Position numbers and translations under genes: made by a program | Assembly (NCBI GenBank): GCA_963844715.1 | Contig: CAWJPJ010000007.1 | Coordinates: 608,001 to 672,000, forward strand | DNA from: an uncultured Phycisphaerales bacterium | Lineage (GTDB): Bacteria; Planctomycetota; Phycisphaerae; Tepidisphaerales; Tepidisphaeraceae | DNA length: 64,000 nt | Reading direction: 5' to 3' | In this document: positions 9,626-19,216 of the stretch, one piece after another | How the letters are laid out: each line of letters begins with the position of its first letter | Numbering within the stretch: the first letter of the stretch is position 1 | Notes under the pieces: model-generated | The model's input: the letters and a program-made list of their open reading frames with translations, nothing else | Database searches by the model: none | Told to the model about the DNA's origin: nothing

Positions 9626-10636
9626 TCAACGTTTCCGTGGCGGCGGGCCGCGCGACCTCCATCGCGCGGCCCTTTTGTTGCGCAGCTCATTGGTCAATAA
9701 TTCATTGGTCAATGCGATCTTCGCGTTGCGTTGCAGGATCGGCAGCTTCACGCGTTTCATTGCGCTGCCGCGCAGATTCTGTCGATAATCCGTCTCGGTC
9801 CACGAAAGCACCTGGCGGAGATCGAGCGCTCCCGCCTCGAAGCGCGGCTGAAGATGCTTTTCCGTCGCCACGATTGCCTTGCTGTTCCAGGGGCAAACGT
9901 CCTGGCATATGTCGCACCCATAAATCCAATTGCCGAACTTCTCGGCGAGTTTCGGATCCACTTCCCCGCGATGCTCGATGGTCAGGTAAGAGATGCACTT
10001 TCGCGCATCGAGCCGATACGGCTCCGTTATCGCCTGCGTGGGGCACGCGTCGATGCATCTTCGGCAGGTCCCGCACCGATCCACCGCCGGCTGATCCGCC
10101 GGCAGGCGCAGCGTCGTGACGATCTCCCCCAAAAACAGCCACGATCCGATCTCCTCATTGATCAGGCAGGTGTTCTTCCCGACCCACCCCACGCCGCTGC
10201 GCGCCGCCAGGTCCTTTTCCATTAAGGGAGCGGTATCCATGCAGCACCGGGTTTGCGCATTCGGCGCGATCTCGCGCAGCCAATCCGCAAGACCATGGAG
10301 TCGATCCTTGATCCAGTCGTGGTAATCATCCCCGAGGGCATACCGCGCGATTCGCCCTTGCCCTGACTCATGCGACTCTTTCAAAGGCACGTAATAATTT
10401 ACCGCCAGGCAGATCACGCTGACGGCCTCCGGTAGATAGGTTGCCGGATCGGTCCGCTCCGAAAATCGCTCTGCCAGATACCCCATCGATCCCGCCTGGC
10501 CGTCGTCCAACCATTGCCGAAAGTAATCGCGATAGCGCGACGGCTCCGCCGGCGCGATCCCCACGCGACTAAACCCCAGATCGCGGGCTTTGGCCTTCAA
10601 TAGGCCGGCAAGTTGATACGGGTCCGACTGGCTCAT
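9626..10636 (-). CDS. queG: epoxyqueuosine reductase
   Basis: IARYALGDDYH; CGTCRRCIDACPT and GCDICQDVCPWN Fe-S motifs. Confidence 0.96.
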   Translation of the reverse strand: MSQSDPYQLAGLLKAKARDLGFSRVGIAPAEPSRYRDYFRQWLDDGQAGSMGYLAERFSERTDPATYLPEAVSVICLAVNYYVPLKESHESGQGRIARYALGDDYHDWIKDRLHGLADWLREIAPNAQTRCCMDTAPLMEKDLAARSGVGWVGKNTCLINEEIGSWLFLGEIVTTLRLPADQPAVDRCGTCRRCIDACPTQAITEPYRLDARKCISYLTIEHRGEVDPKLAEKFGNWIYGCDICQDVCPWNSKAIVATEKHLQPRFEAGALDLRQVLSWTETDYRQNLRGSAMKRVKLPILQRNAKIALTNELLTNELRNKRAARWRSRGPPPRKR

Positions 10637-10683
10637 GGGAAGGATCGAATTATAGCCGTTTTTCGCGGACCAGCGGGGATTTC

Positions 10684-10713
10684 TTGACACCCCTGCGGGC
10701 GAGTCTTTAAGAT
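10684..10713 (+). promoter_or_regulatory. sigma70-type promoter
   Basis: TTGACA-N18-TAAGAT upstream of the HEAT-repeat gene. Confidence 0.55.
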
Positions 10714-10845
10714 CGTTTCTGCTGATGTCTCACCGGGGCCGGGTAATTTGCCGCGGCCCTGTCACCGCGGAGTGAAAGAAGTCCCGGCTCGCCGGGGTTT
10801 TTGCCGTCGGACATCCTTGCCAAACTATTATCGGAGGCCGGCATC

Positions 10846-13077
10846 ATGATGCGGTTGCCTCGGATCGCGCTCGCTTTGACGATTTCTTGTCTCCTCCTCG
10901 GCCTGGTCGCGCCGGCTCTTTATGCCGACGATCAACCTTCCCTGGTCGATCAGGTCGACACCTTCTGGCATTACGGGAAAATCGCCCGTTACGATCTCGC
11001 CGCCGACGCCGGCAATCAAATTATTGCCACCAACCCCGACCCCGCCACGCTCCTGGCGGCGTTCGAAACGGTCGCACAAAACCACGGCGACCAGATCGAC
11101 CCCTGGCTGCTCCGCTGGCGGACTTTGCGTCCGCCCACGGCTGATCAGGCCAAGGATGATCCCCTCCTTACCGCTCAGCGCACCGGGATGCTGGCGATGA
11201 AGGACACCGCACAGAAAATCACCGATCTGATCAACGCCGGCTACGAAACCCGCAGGGCCAATCCCGATTTCATCCAGAACACCATCATCGAGATGAGCAA
11301 GAACGAGCGGGCGTACGAGAACAATCTCCCGCGCCTGGCCAACAGCGGCGAGCTGGCCGTCAAAGTTCTGGTGGACATTCTCCGCAATCCGGACGACCGC
11401 GAGTTTAACCCCACGGCCCGCCGCGCCCTGCGCGATCTGGGTCGCAAGGCTCTGGCCCCGCTGTTGGCGGCCACGGAGATGAAGGATTACGACACGCTTC
11501 TGGACGTCGTGTCGGCGTTGGGCGACCTCGGCTATGACGCCGCCGGGCCCTATCTCTCCCGGCTGGCGACCTCGCGCGACGTTCCGCAGGGGATACGCAT
11601 CGCCGCCCATCGGGCGCTGGGGCAACTGGGCATCAGCGACGCCGTCGCTATCGACCCGGCCCAGCAGTTCTATGCTTTGGGCGAGAAGCTTTATTACAAC
11701 AATTCGTCCCTTGTTCCCTCGGGTGAAAAGACCGCCTACATCTGGTCCTGGCAGGAAGGGATGGGCTTGACCAAGTTGGACGTCCCAACGCCGATCTTCG
11801 GCGACGTCATGGCCATGCGCGAGTGCGAATACGCCATGACGCTCGATCCGAGCAAGGGGCAGGCCGTCAGTCTCTGGCTCGACGCGAACACCAAGCGCGA
11901 AGCCGATCTTCCGCCGGGGGCAACCGATCCCACGCACGCGGGCGATCCGGACGCGCACTACTTCAACGTTTCGGCGGGTGTGCAATATCTCAACGACGCC
12001 CTGATGCGCGCCATCCGCGATCAGAACGCGCCGGTCGCGTATCGCCTGACGGCCTCCCTCCAGGAGATCATCGGCCCAAGCAATATGACCAGCAGCGGCG
12101 CCGAGCCGGTCGTTCAGGCTCTGTTCTTCCCCAATCAGCAGGTTCGCTACGAAGCGGCGTTTGCGCTGGCGGAGAGCCTGCCGAGCCAACCCTTCCCAGG
12201 CAGCGACCGCGTTGTTCCGCTCCTCGTCGGGGCGCTCGAGTCAGACCGGGCATTTAAACTTGTTGCTCGTCGCGCCGGCGGGCGATCAGCTCAACGCGCT
12301 TCGCGCGGCGCTGCAATCCGGCGGGGCGTCGGTGGTCGGCGCGTCCGATCCGACGGATGCCGCGAATGCGGCGGCCTCGCTTCCCAGCATCGACGTGATC
12401 GTAATTTCCGAGGATAGCGACGTCGGCCGCATGATCGACCTTCGGCAGACGACGGCGCAGATTGCAACCGCGCCGATCCTCGTGCTGACGCGCAGCCAGC
12501 TCAGCCCCTACGCGACGCGCGCGGCCACCGATCCGATGTTGACGGCGGCTCTCATGCCCGGCCAGAACGGCACGGCCGACGAACTCAAGAGCGATTTGGC
12601 GATGGCGATGAGCCACTCCGGCTTGCCCGCGATGACCGAAAAGCAGGCGACCGCCTACGCGAGCCGCGCCGCGCAGTTGCTGGCGAATCTGGCGCTCTGC
12701 CGGGGGCAGATTCTGGATCTCGCCCCCGCCGAACCCGGCGTGCTTGGCGCCCTGGGCGATTCGCGCCCGGACATCGCCAAAGCGGCGGGGCGAGTGCTGG
12801 CCATGATGAACACGCCGACGGCTCAATCGGGGCTGGCCGCCCGCGCCCTGGACGAGAAAACCCCGACGGACGTTCGCGTCAGTCTCTTCAAGAGCCTGGC
12901 GACGAACGCCAAATTCTTTGGGAACCGTCTAGGGCCGGTGCGGATTGCCGAGCTTGAGAAGGCGGTCGCCGACGAAAAGGACGCGGACGTGCGCGGCGCG
13001 GCGGCCGAGGCGCGCGGGCGCTGAATCTACCGGCGAGCCAGGCGCGGACGCTGATTCTTTCGCAGTCGAAGTCGTAA
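10846..13077 (+). CDS. exported HEAT-repeat protein (frameshifts near 12235 and 13015)
   Basis: Signal peptide; HEAT-like repeats (VRYEAAFALAE, VRGAAAEA); ORFs 10801-12417 and 12161-13024 join; final frame ends LSQSKS then stop. Confidence 0.75.
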
Positions 13078-13141
13078 AAATTTTCGGCCTTTTTGGGGGT
13101 ATAATTCTTCCGACGCGCCCGAGGTACGGAGATGCACGCCC

Positions 13142-13360
13142 ATGACGAAAGATCAAATCCTCACCGAGGCCATGGCACTGGACCCGTCAGAGCGGGACGA
13201 AGTCGCCGAGGCGTTGTGGCAAACGATTGTCCCCGGTGAGCTTTCGGCGGAGCAGGCGATCGAGGTTCGCCGCCGGATCGAGGCTTTGGACAGTGGGAAG
13301 ATGCAGGCGATTCCCGGCGAGCAAGTCATGCAGGAATTGCGGCGGCGATTCCAGCGGTGA
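13142..13360 (+). CDS. putative addiction-module antitoxin
   Basis: 72 aa; EAMALDPSERDEVAEALW...EVRRRIEALDSG...IPGEQV pattern; directly precedes a RelE/ParE gene. Confidence 0.85.
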   Translation: MTKDQILTEAMALDPSERDEVAEALWQTIVPGELSAEQAIEVRRRIEALDSGKMQAIPGEQVMQELRRRFQR

Positions 13361-13363
13361 GCG

Positions 13364-13663
13364 ATGAATTATCGCTTTTCCCCCGACGCCAGAATCGACC
13401 CTCTTGCCGCGGGTGATTTCTACGAATCGCAGAAACCTGGACTGGGAGCGGAATTCTTAGCCGACATTGAAGCGGGTCTCGGCCGTGTTCTGGACGCTCC
13501 GCCACGCTGGCCCGAGTTGGAGCCGGGGATTCGGCGCTACCGGCTTGATCGCTTTCCGTACGCTTTGATCTATCGCGTGGCCTCATTGGATATGGTCGAG
13601 ATCGTCGCCGTGTTTCATCTGCACAGAAAGCCGGGGGCATGGCGCGGCGATCGCAATCTTTAA
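13364..13663 (+). CDS. RelE/ParE-family toxin
   Basis: FYESQKPGLGAEF...RRYRLDRFPYALIYR...IVAVFH pattern. Confidence 0.88.
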   Translation: MNYRFSPDARIDPLAAGDFYESQKPGLGAEFLADIEAGLGRVLDAPPRWPELEPGIRRYRLDRFPYALIYRVASLDMVEIVAVFHLHRKPGAWRGDRNL

Positions 13664-13676
13664 ATCGATCTGAAAC

Positions 13677-14201
13677 TCATTTGCCTTCCAGCTTCGCTCG
13701 ATACAGCGCGGCGTCTTCTTCCAAAAAGCAGCAAAAGTTGACACTTTTCGGAAAGTCGTTAGCTGCCAACCATTTGACAACGGTGGACACGGCGATGTCG
13801 CACGCTTCGGCCTGGGGATAGCCGTAGATTCCGGTGGAAATGCAGGGGAAGGCGATCGTTTCCAGACGAGCTTCGGCAGCAAGGCGGAGGCATTCGCGAT
13901 AGCAAGAGGCGAGTAATTCGGCTTCGCCGGATTGACCGCCGGCATAAACGGGGCCGACCGTGTGGATAACGTGGCGGGCTTGGAGGCGGTGGCCGCGGGT
14001 GAGTTTGGCGTGGCCGGTTTCGCAGCCGCCGAGCTTCCGACACTCGTCGAGCAGCCCCGGCCCGGCTGCGCGATGGATCGCACCGTCGACTCCGCCGCCG
14101 CCGAGGAGGGACTTGTTGGCGGCGTTGACGATGGCGTCGACGTCCAGGCGGGTGACGTCGGCTTGGTTGATCTGGATTCGCTCTCGAACGGCCTGCGGCA
14201 C
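13677..14201 (-). CDS. macrodomain O-acetyl-ADP-ribose deacetylase (YmdB-like)
   Basis: DAIVNAANKSLLGGGGVDGAIHRAAG; IHTVGP; FPCISTGIYGYP. Confidence 0.95.
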   Translation of the reverse strand: MPQAVRERIQINQADVTRLDVDAIVNAANKSLLGGGGVDGAIHRAAGPGLLDECRKLGGCETGHAKLTRGHRLQARHVIHTVGPVYAGGQSGEAELLASCYRECLRLAAEARLETIAFPCISTGIYGYPQAEACDIAVSTVVKWLAANDFPKSVNFCCFLEEDAALYRAKLEGK

Positions 14202-14268
14202 CCTATAATCTCCTGCTCTGAGTAGCCCATGTACTCCATTTCGAGTCTGCCGATGCTATAGTATTGTC

Positions 14269-14487
14269 ATGACGAAGCTACTTGAACAGGCCGTCGCCAA
14301 GGCACGGGCGCTTCCGGAAGCGGAGCAGGACGCCATCGCGCAGATCGTCATCGACGAAATCGAATCTGAGCGGCGATGGGACGAGTTGCTTGCCAAGTCC
14401 CCGGAGAAATTGAAGAAGCTCGCCGATCAGGCGTGGGCCGAACACGAGTCGGGTGGAAGCGAGGAATTGGACCCGGATCGGCTGTGA
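14269..14487 (+). CDS. small acidic antitoxin
   Basis: 72 aa MTKLLEQAVAKARALPEAEQDAIA...; stop overlaps the toxin GTG. Confidence 0.8.
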   Translation: MTKLLEQAVAKARALPEAEQDAIAQIVIDEIESERRWDELLAKSPEKLKKLADQAWAEHESGGSEELDPDRL

Positions 14488-14753
14488 TTTCGCGAACCAG
14501 TTCCGGATTCCGTCGTGACTTGGGGCAACTTCCCGCTGCCGTCAAACGGCAGGCACGCGAGGCGTATCGCCTGTTCCGTCAAAACCCGCAGCATCCCAGC
14601 CTAAAATTCAAGAAACTGCCGCCGCACGAGGATTTGTGCTCGGTCAGGATTAGTAACGATTATCGCGCCATTGGGCGTTTTCGGGGTGATGTCATACTTT
14701 GGTTTTTTGTCGGATCGCACGCCGATTACGAAAAACTTCTGGCGCGGTTGTAA
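14484..14753 (+). CDS. RelE/ParE-like toxin
   Basis: AREAYRLFRQNPQHPSLKFKKL...SVRISNDYRAIG...WFFVGSHADYEKL. Confidence 0.85.
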   Translation: MISRTSSGFRRDLGQLPAAVKRQAREAYRLFRQNPQHPSLKFKKLPPHEDLCSVRISNDYRAIGRFRGDVILWFFVGSHADYEKLLARL

Positions 14754-15052
14754 TTTGTACTGGCTCCGCCGGTCACAGACGTGAAGAAGACCGGGTATGG
14801 GGCGCGAATCGATTCTTTCTTGGATCCCAGCGTTGATACCATGGCTGATGCCCACTTCATCAAATAAGCTTCGCCAACAGACGTTGAACGAACTCGTGGA
14901 ACGCGACGGCATCAGCAATCGCTCGATCAGTCGTGCAAATTTCTTAGCAATTTCTTCTCGATCCTTGCTGAACGTCGCTCGGGCCTGCGCCATAAAACTC
15001 ACCATTGGACCGAACCGTAATCGCGGTGGTGAGTGCGCCAAATTATAGCCGT

Positions 15053-15184
15053 CTACTTAAGGACCGCATTTGATGACACGCACCGGGACAATCCTCGGAG
15101 TTGTATCGACGCCCACAATCGTAACCCGGCTTTGGCCGTAGATGAGAGGACATCGGTATCTAGGATCACGGCGAGAGGCGTTAT
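15053..15184 (-). pseudogene. PIN/VapC toxin remnant
   Basis: Reads ATA-TPLAVILDTDVLS (PIN N-terminal motif), coupled to the antitoxin stop; only 43 codons. Confidence 0.65.
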
Positions 15185-15432
15185 CGCCGGACCTGGCGGA
15201 CCAGCGCCATCAGGTCATCAACCGAGTCTTCTTGCGGCCAGTCGATCGCTAACTTGGCGAGGTCCGTGTTGGGTTGGACGCCTTGCTCGCCGGCCAGTTC
15301 CTCGGGGGACTTGTCGTCCCAGAATTCCGAGTCCGCACCTTCGACCTCGACGCGGACGCGGGTGCCGTCGGGCAAGACGACCGGAGTCTCCAGCACGGCG
15401 ACTCCGTTCTTGATGCGTCCACGATAGGTCAT
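15181..15432 (-). CDS. putative antitoxin (VapB-like partner of the PIN remnant)
   Basis: MTYRGRIKNGVAVLETPVVLPDGTRVRVEV beta-rich N-terminus, acidic tail; ATGA overlap with the cbiX-like stop. Confidence 0.7.
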   Translation of the reverse strand: MTYRGRIKNGVAVLETPVVLPDGTRVRVEVEGADSEFWDDKSPEELAGEQGVQPNTDLAKLAIDWPQEDSVDDLMALVRQVRR

Positions 15433-15884
15433 GCGTCGGTCACTTCCCCGCTCCGCCCCATTCCCTGGCATTTCTCGCATAGATAATCCTGCTCAATGCA
15501 CTCCCGCACGCGCTTATCGAGCAACTGCAGAATTAGATCATCGATCCCCAACGTCGGGGTAACATGAAACCGTACACCCGGGTGCTTCCCCGCTGCCTCG
15601 GCAGTCAGGCGCGGGATGTCCTGGGTCCAGTGTTTGCCGGGGCCTAGGAAGAATGGGCAGACTACGACGCGCTTGGCACCGCGCTGGACGCATTTGCCAA
15701 ACGCCGTCGCGATGGACGGCTCGGCGATTTCCATGTGGGCGGGTTCTACGATTTTGTATTGCGAAGCGAATTTGTTGGCGAAAGCCGTGGCGACTTTCTC
15801 GAGCATTTTATTGCTCTGGTCGAGGCGCGAGCCGTGGTCGACGATGACGATGGCTGTGGAGATGTCGCTTTTCGAATCAGCCAT
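15429..15884 (-). CDS. CbiX/SirB sirohydrochlorin chelatase (short form)
   Basis: IVDHGSR; AHMEIAEPSI; PFFLGPGKHW. Confidence 0.9.
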   Translation of the reverse strand: MADSKSDISTAIVIVDHGSRLDQSNKMLEKVATAFANKFASQYKIVEPAHMEIAEPSIATAFGKCVQRGAKRVVVCPFFLGPGKHWTQDIPRLTAEAAGKHPGVRFHVTPTLGIDDLILQLLDKRVRECIEQDYLCEKCQGMGRSGEVTDA

Positions 15885-15892
15885 GAAAAGAG

Positions 15893-17716
15893 TCAATCCT
15901 TTCGCTCGGCCAATGTCACATCCACGCTGATCGGCTTGCCGGCGCGGGTGATCTTTAGGGTCACTTTATCGCCGGGACGGGCTTGATCCAACGCCTGGGT
16001 GAGGTCCATTAGATTTTGGATCGGTTTATCGCCGAAGCGGGTGATGACGTCGCCTTGCTGGAGCCCTGCGGCGGTGGCGGGGGTGTCGGGGGTGGTGCCG
16101 GAGATCATGGCGCCGTTTTTGGAATCGACGGAGCCGTAATCGGGGATTACGCCTAGGCGCACTCGGCGCGGGGGGCCGCCGAACATTGTGCCCGTGCCGA
16201 ATAGATTGAACGAGTCCTTGTCGGCCGCGACGATGTAATCTTCCTTGGGCATCCGCGCCAGTCCGTCGATGACCTTCCTGGCGAACGCCGCGACCTGTTC
16301 GATCCCGTCGTAATTGATTTTGTCGTAGGTATCCGTCGGCCGGTGATAGTCGGAATGAATCCCGCTGAAGAAGAAGAGGACCGGGATGTGATGTTGCGCG
16401 AAAGACATGTGGTCGCTCGGCCCCAGTCCGCCGCGGCCGACGCTTTTTAAAGTCAAGCCCGAGCCCAATTGCGCTGCTTTGACGATGCCATCCAAATCCG
16501 CCGCCGTCCCCTGGCCGCCCATGTAGAGCAAGCCGTCGCGAAGTCTCCCGACCATGTCGAAATTCACCATGGCGATGATTTTGTCCAGTGGGATGGGCGG
16601 ATGCTTCACGAAAAATTCCGAGCCGATCAGTCCCTCTTCCTCCGCCGAGTAGCACATGAAGACGATCGTTCGCGGCGGCGCGACGCCGTGCGCAAGCTGT
16701 GAGGCCAGATCCAAAACCGTCGCGGTTCCCGAGGCGTTGTCATCGGCGCCGGGATAAATGCTTCCCGGAAGGCCAAGCTGATGCCCCATCCGGCCTCGGC
16801 CGAGATGATCGTAATGCGCGCCTACGACGACAAATTCATCCGCGTGAGGCCCCGCGCCTGGCAGGCACGCCATCACGTTCCGCAAATGGAACGTCCGATG
16901 TTCCGCGTCCACCTGGCCGGAAATCTGAACCCCCGGCAAATCCGCCGAATGCGGCTGGATCGACTCGTCAATTTCCGTCCGCACTTTTTTGAAGTCGGCG
17001 AAAATCTGCCGAACCACCGCCTGCGAAACGTGCATCACGGGTATAGGCGAAGCGGACGCACCCTGAAGAGTCGATGCGAACGGCAAAAGCCCGTCCGGTC
17101 CGTCATCCGCGGGCGTCACCAGGAGCAGGGCGATCGCCCCATGACTGGCGGCGTTCTGGGCCTTGGTGAAGAGCAGGGCGCCGATCGACCAGCCGGTCGG
17201 ATCATCGGCGAATCGGCTATGCCCCTGCACGTCGACGGGCTCATAGCGCATCGCCAGGGCGATTTTGCCATGCACATCGACCCCGGCGTAATCGTCGTAA
17301 TGATGCGCCGGATCGGTGATCCCGTAGCCGACGAAAACGACCTCTCCGGAAAATGAGCGCGTCGCTGAAAACCCCAGCGGGGAGAAATCCTTCTCGATGC
17401 TGAGCCGTTTGGAGCCGACGGAGAGATTGGTTTTGGCGGTGAGAGCAATTAAGGCGTCGTAATCGAAAGGCTGGAAATAGCCGGATTCCCCGGGCAGCGG
17501 CTTAAGCCCGTCGGCGGCGAATTCGGAGGCGATGAAATCGGCTGCGGTGTCCAAGCCGGGGAGACCTACGCCGCGGCCTTCGAGGGCATTGGATGCCAAA
17601 AAGGGGAGGGTGTCGCGTGGGTCGGGGTCATATGGCGGCGGCTGAGAGGGATTGGTTGCCGGCGCGGCACCGGCCGCGAGTACCGCGAAACAAATCCAGC
17701 CGACAACTCGCCTCAT
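15893..17716 (-). CDS. exported M28 peptidase with PA and PDZ domains
   Basis: Signal peptide MRRVVGWICF; GAHYDHLG, GADDNASG, AEEEGLIGS, SDH and YH motifs; C-terminal PDZ. Confidence 0.93.
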   Translation of the reverse strand: MRRVVGWICFAVLAAGAAPATNPSQPPPYDPDPRDTLPFLASNALEGRGVGLPGLDTAADFIASEFAADGLKPLPGESGYFQPFDYDALIALTAKTNLSVGSKRLSIEKDFSPLGFSATRSFSGEVVFVGYGITDPAHHYDDYAGVDVHGKIALAMRYEPVDVQGHSRFADDPTGWSIGALLFTKAQNAASHGAIALLLVTPADDGPDGLLPFASTLQGASASPIPVMHVSQAVVRQIFADFKKVRTEIDESIQPHSADLPGVQISGQVDAEHRTFHLRNVMACLPGAGPHADEFVVVGAHYDHLGRGRMGHQLGLPGSIYPGADDNASGTATVLDLASQLAHGVAPPRTIVFMCYSAEEEGLIGSEFFVKHPPIPLDKIIAMVNFDMVGRLRDGLLYMGGQGTAADLDGIVKAAQLGSGLTLKSVGRGGLGPSDHMSFAQHHIPVLFFFSGIHSDYHRPTDTYDKINYDGIEQVAAFARKVIDGLARMPKEDYIVAADKDSFNLFGTGTMFGGPPRRVRLGVIPDYGSVDSKNGAMISGTTPDTPATAAGLQQGDVITRFGDKPIQNLMDLTQALDQARPGDKVTLKITRAGKPISVDVTLAERKD

Positions 17717-17763
17717 TCGGGGGATTGTAGCGGGTATTTCGGCCATTCCCGTATTCGGCGGAG

Positions 17764-17804
17764 TCCCCCTCCCGTGCCGTCGCCCGGAGTATCGGGGGAG
17801 GGGG
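17764..17804. repeat. REP-like palindrome (ccct...ccggagta...gggg family)
   Basis: Intergenic imperfect hairpin; related copy at 25736-25777. Confidence 0.5.
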
Positions 17805-17872
17805 TAGGTCTGGAGGGTTGGCGTGGGGCGCAAGGTCCCAGAATCTTTGAGCGCCGTTTCGGCCGCGGGCCG

Positions 17873-19063
17873 ATGAAAGATGCGGACCGCTCCATGAAAA
17901 AGAACGGACGGGTGATCGTGCGCAAAAGAGGGAAATCGCCAGGCATGCCGGGCGATCTCACTGATCTTCTGGGCCGAAAGCCGGTCAGTCTGGATACGCC
18001 GCAGCTTCAGCGATTCCTGGCCGGGAAACAGGTTCTGGTCACCGGGGCCGGGGGGAGCATTGGGTCGGAAATCTGCCGCCAGAGTATGCGATTCTGCCCG
18101 CGGCGACTGATTCTGCTGGAGCAAGCGGAGGGTGCGCTGTTCGAGATCGACCGGGAGCTTCGCCAGCGCTGGGTTGGGGCGGAGATTGTTCCGGTCGTGG
18201 CGGACATCGGCGACAGCCGGCGCATCGGGCAGGTCTTCGCCGAGTATCAGCCGCAGGTCATCTTCCATTGTGCGGCTCACAAGCACGTTCCGATGATGGA
18301 ACTCAATCCTGGCGAGGCGATCAAGAACAATGTCTTCGGGACCAAGATCGTTGCCGACGCCGCGTTGGCCGTGGGGGCGACCGCATTTGTCATGGTGAGT
18401 ACCGACAAGGCGGTCAATCCCACCAGCGTGATGGGGGCCGCGAAGCGCTGCGCGGAACTGTACATTCAATCCCTCAACGATCCGGATCGCCCGGGCACGC
18501 GCTTCGTGGCGGTGCGCTTCGGGAACGTGCTGGCCAGCAGCGGGAGCGTGGTTCCGATTTTCCTCAAGCAGATCGAAGCGGGCGGCCCGGTCACAGTGAC
18601 CCATCCCGACATGAAGCGATATTTCATGACCATCCCCGAGGCGAGCCAATTGGTCATGCAGGCGGGCGCGATCGGACAGGGGGGCGAAATCTTCATCCTC
18701 GATATGGGCAAGCCGATCAAAATCCTGAATCTCGCCCGCGAGATGATCCGCCGATTCGGCCTGCGGCCGGGCGAAGATATCGCGATCGAATTCAGCGGGG
18801 TTCGGCCAGGTGAGAAGCTCCATGAGGAACTCGCCTGCGCCAATGAGCAGACGCGCCCGACGAGCCACCCCAAAATCCGCGTCTGGCAGCTCCCTCGCGC
18901 CACGATTCAGCAGGTCGAGCGGATGATGCATTCCCTCGGCGGCGTGATCAACAGCGATCGATCCCGGGTGGTTTCCGTCCTGCGGGAGTGCGTGGGCGAA
19001 TATCGCCCGACGCCCGAGGTGGCGGAGGAAAAACCGCTCCGTCTGGTTGCCGACGCCGCTTAA
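17873..19063 (+). CDS. CapD/PglF-type nucleotide-sugar 4,6-dehydratase (soluble)
   Basis: TGAGGSIGSE; AAHKHVP; STDKAVNP; VRFGNVL; RPGEKLHEEL. Confidence 0.93.
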   Translation: MKDADRSMKKNGRVIVRKRGKSPGMPGDLTDLLGRKPVSLDTPQLQRFLAGKQVLVTGAGGSIGSEICRQSMRFCPRRLILLEQAEGALFEIDRELRQRWVGAEIVPVVADIGDSRRIGQVFAEYQPQVIFHCAAHKHVPMMELNPGEAIKNNVFGTKIVADAALAVGATAFVMVSTDKAVNPTSVMGAAKRCAELYIQSLNDPDRPGTRFVAVRFGNVLASSGSVVPIFLKQIEAGGPVTVTHPDMKRYFMTIPEASQLVMQAGAIGQGGEIFILDMGKPIKILNLAREMIRRFGLRPGEDIAIEFSGVRPGEKLHEELACANEQTRPTSHPKIRVWQLPRATIQQVERMMHSLGGVINSDRSRVVSVLRECVGEYRPTPEVAEEKPLRLVADAA

Positions 19064-19216
19064 ACCAGCCGCGTCTCTCGTCCGCTAGAGATTCTCGTCC
19101 CATAACCGGGCCAAAGCGCAGAGACCTTGGAGTAAACGTCTTTGGGCAGTCGATAACTCGAACGAGGCCAGCGTCGTGAGGCGTTAAGATTTTTAGGCAC
19201 AGCCTAGAGGTTTGCC

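Noticed and set aside
10828..12189. Long antisense ORFs (also 19193-20632, 24532-25596, 29426-30694, 40917-42128, 58836-59768)
   Set aside because: Shadow ORFs opposite well-supported genes, common in high-GC DNA
13677..14201. Macrodomain as a DarG antitoxin
   Set aside because: Stand-alone YmdB-type sequence with no adjacent DarT ADP-ribosyltransferase
17717..18931. 1012-aa ORF as an extended peptidase fusion
   Set aside because: The extension is the antisense shadow of the CapD-like gene; the real start at 17716 has a signal peptide and a -10 box
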